Origin: an uncultured Eubacteriales bacterium
Lineage (GTDB): Bacteria; Bacillota_I; Bacilli_A; RF39; UBA660
Assembly: GCA_905211265.1 (NCBI GenBank)
Contig: CAJMAC010000001.1
Span: 70,928-134,927, forward strand
DNA length: 64,000 bases
Direction of reading: 5' to 3'
The position numbers and the translations under genes are program-made. Every line of letters starts with the position of its first letter. Position 1 is the stretch's first letter. A model generated the notes under the pieces. The model did no database searches. It was given only the letters and a program-made list of their open reading frames with translations, and was not told the origin of the DNA. Of the stretch, positions 59,902 to 64,000 are shown piece by piece.

Positions 59902-59937
59902 TAAAAAAACAAGTAAAGAACATATATTTTACTTGTT
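59902..59937 (-). terminator. Rho-independent terminator after the 347-aa hypothetical gene
   Basis: Stem AACAAGTAAA (59908-59917) / TTTACTTGTT (59928-59937), followed on the minus strand by TTTTTTAATG. Confidence 0.6.
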
Positions 59938-60972
59938 TTTATTAGTTTTTACTTTAACCTTTTCCTTATTACTAGGTATATTCAATATAACTGGAGCATT
60001 TATATCTTCGATTAAAGAACTAATTTCATCTTTATGTTGTTCTTCATCTAATAATTTTAATACTTCTGTTTTCATTCCTTCTAGAAATATAGAACAATGT
60101 ATTCTTGTGTAATCAGGAGTATTTAAAGTTAAATTAATTTCATTTTTCTTACTATTATTTAATGATTCCATATATTTATTTAATTCTCCAATAATTAATG
60201 TTTTATATTTCTTTTTATTTTCAACAGATAGTTTATTAATTAATTCATCTAATTCTTTTGCTCTAATAATTATATCTTCATGATATTTATTCTTATTATT
60301 CTCGTTAGTTTTTCCTTTACTTTCAGAAATAAGTTTATTATAGTTTTCTTCTTGCAAAAATTTTTCATCAATTTCTTTTAAATATCTATTAGATTTAATT
60401 TCTTTACATGTCTTAATTAAAGTACATATATTAAAAAATAAAGTAGATATAATACCAGTATTAGCTAATACCATAAACAATTTAAATATAGGCGAAATAT
60501 TAAAATTTATGTCAAATATACATGTTAAAAGTATAGATATTATCCCACAATGAAGGCTAACAAAAAACATAAGAACATGCTCATTACCTAAACTAGCCAA
60601 ATTCTTTTTAAATATATTTTTAAACCCTTTATTCATATTATCTCTTTTTTCTTCAACTTCTTTTATATACTTTTTAGCTATATTAAATAAATTGTCTAGT
60701 TCTAAATCTATTTGTTTATTTTTTTCTTGATAGTACAAATAGTTAGAATCATATATAGTATACTTAGTAATAGTAGAGTCTTCATTTAATACACCATAAT
60801 AATAACTATCATCATCTCTACCACAATATATAATTCTTTTTTTATCTATTAACTTACCCAATTTCTTTAAAAATTCATTTGCAAAAACTTCATGATAGTT
60901 AATTATAAATTTACTATTATATTTATCATTTTTTCTATAAATTAGATACTCTTCATTATATTCAAATTCCAT
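59929..60972 (-). CDS. Hypothetical membrane protein (central TM hairpins, coiled-coil C-terminal half)
   Basis: A 347-aa ORF with two or three hydrophobic helices (VLMFFVSLHCGIISILLTCIF, LFMVLANTGIISTLFFNICTLI). No recognised motif. Confidence 0.55.
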   Translation of the reverse strand: MEFEYNEEYLIYRKNDKYNSKFIINYHEVFANEFLKKLGKLIDKKRIIYCGRDDDSYYYGVLNEDSTITKYTIYDSNYLYYQEKNKQIDLELDNLFNIAKKYIKEVEEKRDNMNKGFKNIFKKNLASLGNEHVLMFFVSLHCGIISILLTCIFDINFNISPIFKLFMVLANTGIISTLFFNICTLIKTCKEIKSNRYLKEIDEKFLQEENYNKLISESKGKTNENNKNKYHEDIIIRAKELDELINKLSVENKKKYKTLIIGELNKYMESLNNSKKNEINLTLNTPDYTRIHCSIFLEGMKTEVLKLLDEEQHKDEISSLIEDINAPVILNIPSNKEKVKVKTNKNK

Positions 60973-61018
60973 AAAATCTTTCTCCTTTTTAAGTAGTTTT
61001 TATTTTATCACAATAACA

Positions 61019-61048
61019 TTAAAAAAACAAGCGTGATTTATACTTGTT
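61019..61048 (-). terminator. Probable terminator after the CNNM-family gene
   Basis: Stem AACAAG (61026-61031) / CTTGTT (61043-61048), followed on the minus strand by TTTTTTTAATG. The stem is short. Confidence 0.45.
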
Positions 61049-61054
61049 TCATAT

Positions 61055-62317
61055 CTATATATCATATACATAATTAGTAGTAAAAGTAAGTTCTATTTTA
61101 GTAGGATTACCTGCGTCAATTGATAATATCTTCATTTTTATATTTTTATATTGAAATTCAGCATTCTTCTTAATTCTATTACTATCTAATTCCTTTAACC
61201 AACCTACAAAAGTTTTAGATTTAATATTAGGTACTTCCATATTTTCTAAATAATTATTAAAGAAATATTTTACTTCAATATTAGGATTAATTTGGAAAGT
61301 ATGTAAACCTATTTCTACAACATTTTGTGGTAAATCATCATATTCATCATATATTTCTCCGACTAACTCTTCGATTATGTCTTCTAGAGTAACTATACCT
61401 AAGAAATTATGATCTTCACTATTATCTACTACTATAGCCATATGCATTCTACTTTTTTGTATTTTATCTAATGCATAAGATAATTTTCTACCAGGGGTAA
61501 TATATATAACATCTTTAATTAATGATTGAATAGATATTTTTTTATTATTTAAAATATCATCAATTAAATCTCCTTCATGAACTATACCAATTACTTTATT
61601 AGTATTTCTACATATAACAGGTATTCTAGAATATTTTTGACTTGATATAATATCTCTAATAGTTTGTTCGCTAGCATCATCATACAAAAATATTACATCT
61701 TCTTTTTTTAGCATAACGCTAGATACTCTTTTATCATCAAAACTAACAGCATTTTGAATTAGTTCACTTTCTCCTTGATTAAGTACACCCTCATACTCAA
61801 TAGTTTGTACTATTTCTAATAATTCATCTTCAGTTGCAGTTATTTTCTTTTCATTCTTATTAAACTTATTTTCAAACTTTTGAACTAGTTTAGTAATAGG
61901 AAACATAATATTAACTAATACTGTAAATATTGGAGTAACTTTATACATTATATCTAAAGCATTATTTTTACCAAAAATTTTAGGAGTTATTTCTCCAAAC
62001 ATTAAAATAACAATAGTCATTATAATTGTAGCATATGCTACTCCAGAAGAACCTAAACTTTTAGAAAATATATAAGTAGCAAGTGAAGTAGATAAAATAT
62101 TAACAATATTATTAAATATAAGTATTGTTGTAACAGTTTCAGAATATTTTTTAACTAACCTATATACTTTAATAGATTTTTTATCTCCTTTTCTTGCTTT
62201 CGCTTTAATTCTAATTATACTAACCGAAGATAAAGCAGTTTCAGTCATTGAACATAATGCTGAAATACCAATTAAAATTATTAAAATAAAAATATACACT
62301 AACAAGTGGGGATCCAC
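61055..62317 (-). CDS. CNNM/CorC-family transporter (DUF21 - CBS pair - CorC/HlyC domains)
   Basis: Has an N-terminal 4-TM DUF21 region, tandem CBS domains (SRIPVICRNTNKVIGIVHEGDL; HMAIVVDNSEDHNFLGIVTLEDIIEELVGEI), and the C-terminal transporter-associated domain. The start is GTG at 62317, preceded by GAGGAAG. Confidence 0.9.
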   Translation of the reverse strand: MDPHLLVYIFILIILIGISALCSMTETALSSVSIIRIKAKARKGDKKSIKVYRLVKKYSETVTTILIFNNIVNILSTSLATYIFSKSLGSSGVAYATIIMTIVILMFGEITPKIFGKNNALDIMYKVTPIFTVLVNIMFPITKLVQKFENKFNKNEKKITATEDELLEIVQTIEYEGVLNQGESELIQNAVSFDDKRVSSVMLKKEDVIFLYDDASEQTIRDIISSQKYSRIPVICRNTNKVIGIVHEGDLIDDILNNKKISIQSLIKDVIYITPGRKLSYALDKIQKSRMHMAIVVDNSEDHNFLGIVTLEDIIEELVGEIYDEYDDLPQNVVEIGLHTFQINPNIEVKYFFNNYLENMEVPNIKSKTFVGWLKELDSNRIKKNAEFQYKNIKMKILSIDAGNPTKIELTFTTNYVYDI

Positions 62318-62596
62318 TTAAATCACTTCCTCTAAATTGTTCATTAATGATGTATTATCACATACACCTAATTTTTTTTCATTAAAATTTTCAATTAAAT
62401 AGTTTCTATTTAATTTTATAAATGTAGATTTATTATAATTATAACTATAATAATTATGATTATAACTTATTAATACAAAGTATTTTTTATTAATACTATT
62501 TACATATAAATTATTTATTTCTATATTATCATCAGGATAATATTTATTAAATAATTCTTTATATATTTTTTTGCATATTCTATGGTAACATCTATT
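62318..62596 (-). pseudogene. 5'-truncated remnant of a host gene (C-terminal 92 codons only) coupled to the CNNM gene
   Basis: The minus-strand frame is open from 62596 to the TAA at 62318-62320 and encodes NRCYHRICKKIYKELFNKYYPDDNIEINNLYVNS...CDNTSLMNNLEEVI. No ATG, GTG or TTG could give more than 8 aa. The frame is closed upstream by TGA (62597-62599). Its TAA abuts the GTG start of the next gene (TAAGTG). Composition matches the host, for example 6 G+C in the 60 nt 62401-62460. Confidence 0.6.
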
Positions 62597-63113
62597 TCAT
62601 CTAAGGTGGAACCACATTACTTGCTTGCTTTATTAATCCTTTTAACTCTGCAACTTGTTCTTGTAATTCCTTTATTCTAGGATCTTCTTGTTTCAAATTT
62701 TCCTCCTAATAATCCAACTACTTGAGTATTGCATCGCACTTATTCATCTCTTCTTCATACTTAGCTAAAGCCTCCTTCTTTGCCTTGTATTCATTATAAT
62801 TATTCTTTACCATTGTTATTATCTATTGTTTATCTGTTGCTATAGTTAAACCTACAGCTCCATCAGTTACAATAGACTTATTATCTTCTACAGATAATTT
62901 CTTCTATTCGCCGTCACACCCTATTGTTATATCAACTAGCTTCTTTCTATTCTAATTTGGTAGAGGAAACTATTGAGGAGGAAGGGGTTCATCATAAACC
63001 TTGGATACATTCATTACAGTACCTTTATAATAAGTAGTACTTTTCTTAAACGTTCCAGTTATTTCTAATACATGTATAGGATCTCCTATATTTAATTGTG
63101 CAAATGTTATCAT
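62559..63113 (-). CDS. Hypothetical phage-like protein, 184 codons with nine in-frame TAG codons (readable only if TAG is sense, probably Gln)
   Basis: Verified triplet by triplet: the frame runs from ATG (63111-63113) to TAA (62559-62561). It has TAG at 62580, 62592, 62601, 62706, 62718, 62823, 62904, 62952 and 62970 (plus-strand cta) and no TAA or TGA. Read with TAG=Q it gives MITFAQLNIGDPIHVLEITGTFKKSTTYYKGTVMNVSKVYDEPLPPQQFPLPNQNRKKLVDITIGCDGEQKKLSVEDNKSIVTDGAVGLTIATDKQQIITMVKNNYNEYKAKKEALAKYEEEMNKCDAILKQLDYQEENLKQEDPRIKELQEQVAELKGLIKQASNVVPPQMKQMLPQNMQKNI. No SD is seen before the ATG. Confidence 0.6.
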
Positions 63114-63127
63114 AATAAGTATTTATT

Positions 63128-63149
63128 AAAGGGCTCCTAAGAGCCCTTT
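63128..63149 (-). terminator. GC-rich hairpin terminator between the phage-like genes
   Basis: Stem AAAGGGCTC (63128-63136) / GAGCCCTTT (63141-63149) with a 4-nt loop, directly after the TAA of the 144-aa gene. The T-tract is better on the plus strand, so it may act in both directions. Confidence 0.55.
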
Positions 63150-63160
63150 TTGATTAAAGA

Positions 63161-63595
63161 TTACGCAGTAGCAGTAGTAGGCGGTATAATATGGTTTACA
63201 GTTTGAAATATACCATTTGATTTATTATAGTAAATCAGATATCTATTACCAGTGGATATTTCTTCTGTAGCCATTTGATCGCCTGAACCATTTATAAGAG
63301 CTCTAGCCCCTGTAGAAGTAGTAGTCGTAGGACTTACTTGATTAGCTGTTCTAGTAGTATCTATACTTACTAAAGAAGCTGCAGTTACTGTTGTAGCAGG
63401 AGTATTTACTATATTAAGTAAAAATATTCCCTCACAAGGAAGTTGTCTCCAGATTCTAGGACAGATACCATAAGTAACAGTATTATTGGTAGTATCAGTG
63501 GTAACATATATTGTTCTCAATGAAGGTATACCAAAGTTATCTATAGTTCTTACTCTACTTCTATTAAATGTATAAGGATTAAAATTAAAAAACAT
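63161..63595 (-). CDS. Hypothetical phage-like protein (144 aa, Thr-rich)
   Basis: A strong SD, AAAGGAGG, lies 6 nt before the ATG at 63595 (MFFNFNPYTFNRSRV...). The longer ORF-track start overlaps the upstream gene. Codon usage is richer in G+C than the host. No motif recognised. Confidence 0.65.
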   Translation of the reverse strand: MFFNFNPYTFNRSRVRTIDNFGIPSLRTIYVTTDTTNNTVTYGICPRIWRQLPCEGIFLLNIVNTPATTVTAASLVSIDTTRTANQVSPTTTTSTGARALINGSGDQMATEEISTGNRYLIYYNKSNGIFQTVNHIIPPTTATA

Positions 63596-63609
63596 AATTA
63601 CCTCCTTTC

Positions 63610-64000
63610 TTAGCATCCACAGCCACATCCATCACAGTAACCATTGTAACCATAGCCTGTAAAGCCACCATTACATCCATACGGGTTACAAGTCAGATAT
63701 GCAGGAACCGGAGTAGGTCTTAACTGATTAACAATGTTAGCGGTTTGAGCTTGCTGAGAAGCAGCTAAAGCCAACTGATTGTTTTCTTGACGCAATGAGT
63801 CAATCTTGTTCTGCATTTCACGCATTTCAAGTTGACAGAATTTGTCATTAATTATCTGAGTCTAAGCGTCTATTTTAGCACCCAAGATGTTGAACTGAGT
63901 ATTAGCGTTGCTTGTCAGAGTATTAGTCTGATTTACAATAGCTAATTGGCTCTCATAACCCTGAGTAGTTATAGCGTTACGTACATCACAGCAGCAAGAA
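63610..64000 (-). CDS. Hypothetical phage-like coiled-coil protein with Cys/Gly-rich C-terminus; 5' end outside the window; one in-frame TAG
   Basis: The frame is open from the window edge (64000) to the TAA at 63610-63612, with a single TAG at 63862-63864. It reads ...SCCCDVRNAITTQGYESQLAIVNQTNTLTSNANTQFNILGAKIDA[TAG]TQIINDKFCQLEMREMQNKIDSLRQENNQLALAASQQAQTANIVNQLRPTPVPAYLTCNPYGCNGGFTGYGYNGYCDGCGCGC. No SD precedes the ORF-track ATG at 63825. Confidence 0.6.

Larger units (their letters stand above)
62575..64000. mobile_element. End of a phage/prophage-like element that uses TAG as a sense codon (continues beyond the window; left boundary approximate)
   Basis: G+C content rises abruptly: 28 G+C in the 60 nt 63661-63720, against 6 in 62401-62460. 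A host gene is truncated at the boundary. Three co-directional minus-strand genes have no housekeeping similarity, and two of them contain in-frame TAG codons only. No integrase or att repeat is visible in the window. Confidence 0.6.

Noticed and set aside
62559-63113. The TAG-rich frame as an ordinary decayed pseudogene, or TAG as pyrrolysine
   Set aside because: Random decay should also introduce TAA and TGA, and TAA would be favoured in AT-rich DNA. Only TAG occurs, nine times, and the frame has no indels. Nine TAG in 184 codons is far above any known pyrrolysine usage. No pyl genes are visible in the window.

Overview
This is a very AT-rich Gram-positive (Bacillota-type) chromosome segment. 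It uses the standard genetic code and is transcribed almost entirely on the minus strand. From left to right it contains:
- a 1752-aa LPXTG-anchored vWFA/MucBP adhesin with a perfect ~630-bp internal duplication;
- an M23 peptidase;
- a cadC / HMA-chaperone / cadA metal-efflux operon;
- a CotD-like protein;
- a zinc-ribbon membrane protein plus an HxxxD acyltransferase;
- an orphan Dam methylase directly downstream of mutS;
- a housekeeping block: priA, pdp, scpAB, the infC-rpmI-rplT operon with an attenuator-type leader, cysS, trxB, lgt, a U32 peptidase, murE and rubrerythrin;
- a short plus-strand island (LysR regulator, an N-terminally truncated RlmN/Cfr-like radical-SAM enzyme, an all-alpha NTP pyrophosphohydrolase) next to tRNA-Cys;
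- the complete S10-spc-alpha ribosomal cluster (rpsJ to rplQ; rpmJ is present but missing from the ORF track; rpmD is absent);
- a plus-strand peptidoglycan peptidase pair (M14 + VanY-like);
- ecfA1-ecfA2-ecfT-truA;
- a CNNM/CorC-type transporter.

The most interesting signal is at the right end (about 62.56-64.0 kb). G+C content jumps there, a host gene is cut off at its 5' end, and the minus-strand reading frames stay open only if TAG is read as a sense codon. One 184-codon frame has nine in-frame TAGs and the next gene has one more, with no in-frame TAA or TGA. The host ends many genes with TAG, including rpmI, infC, cysS, rplO, rpsN and infA. This fits an amber-recoded phage or prophage-like element that continues past the window edge.

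A second notable point is a frame break in infC. The conserved N-terminal INEQIR motif lies in a different frame from the rest of the gene.
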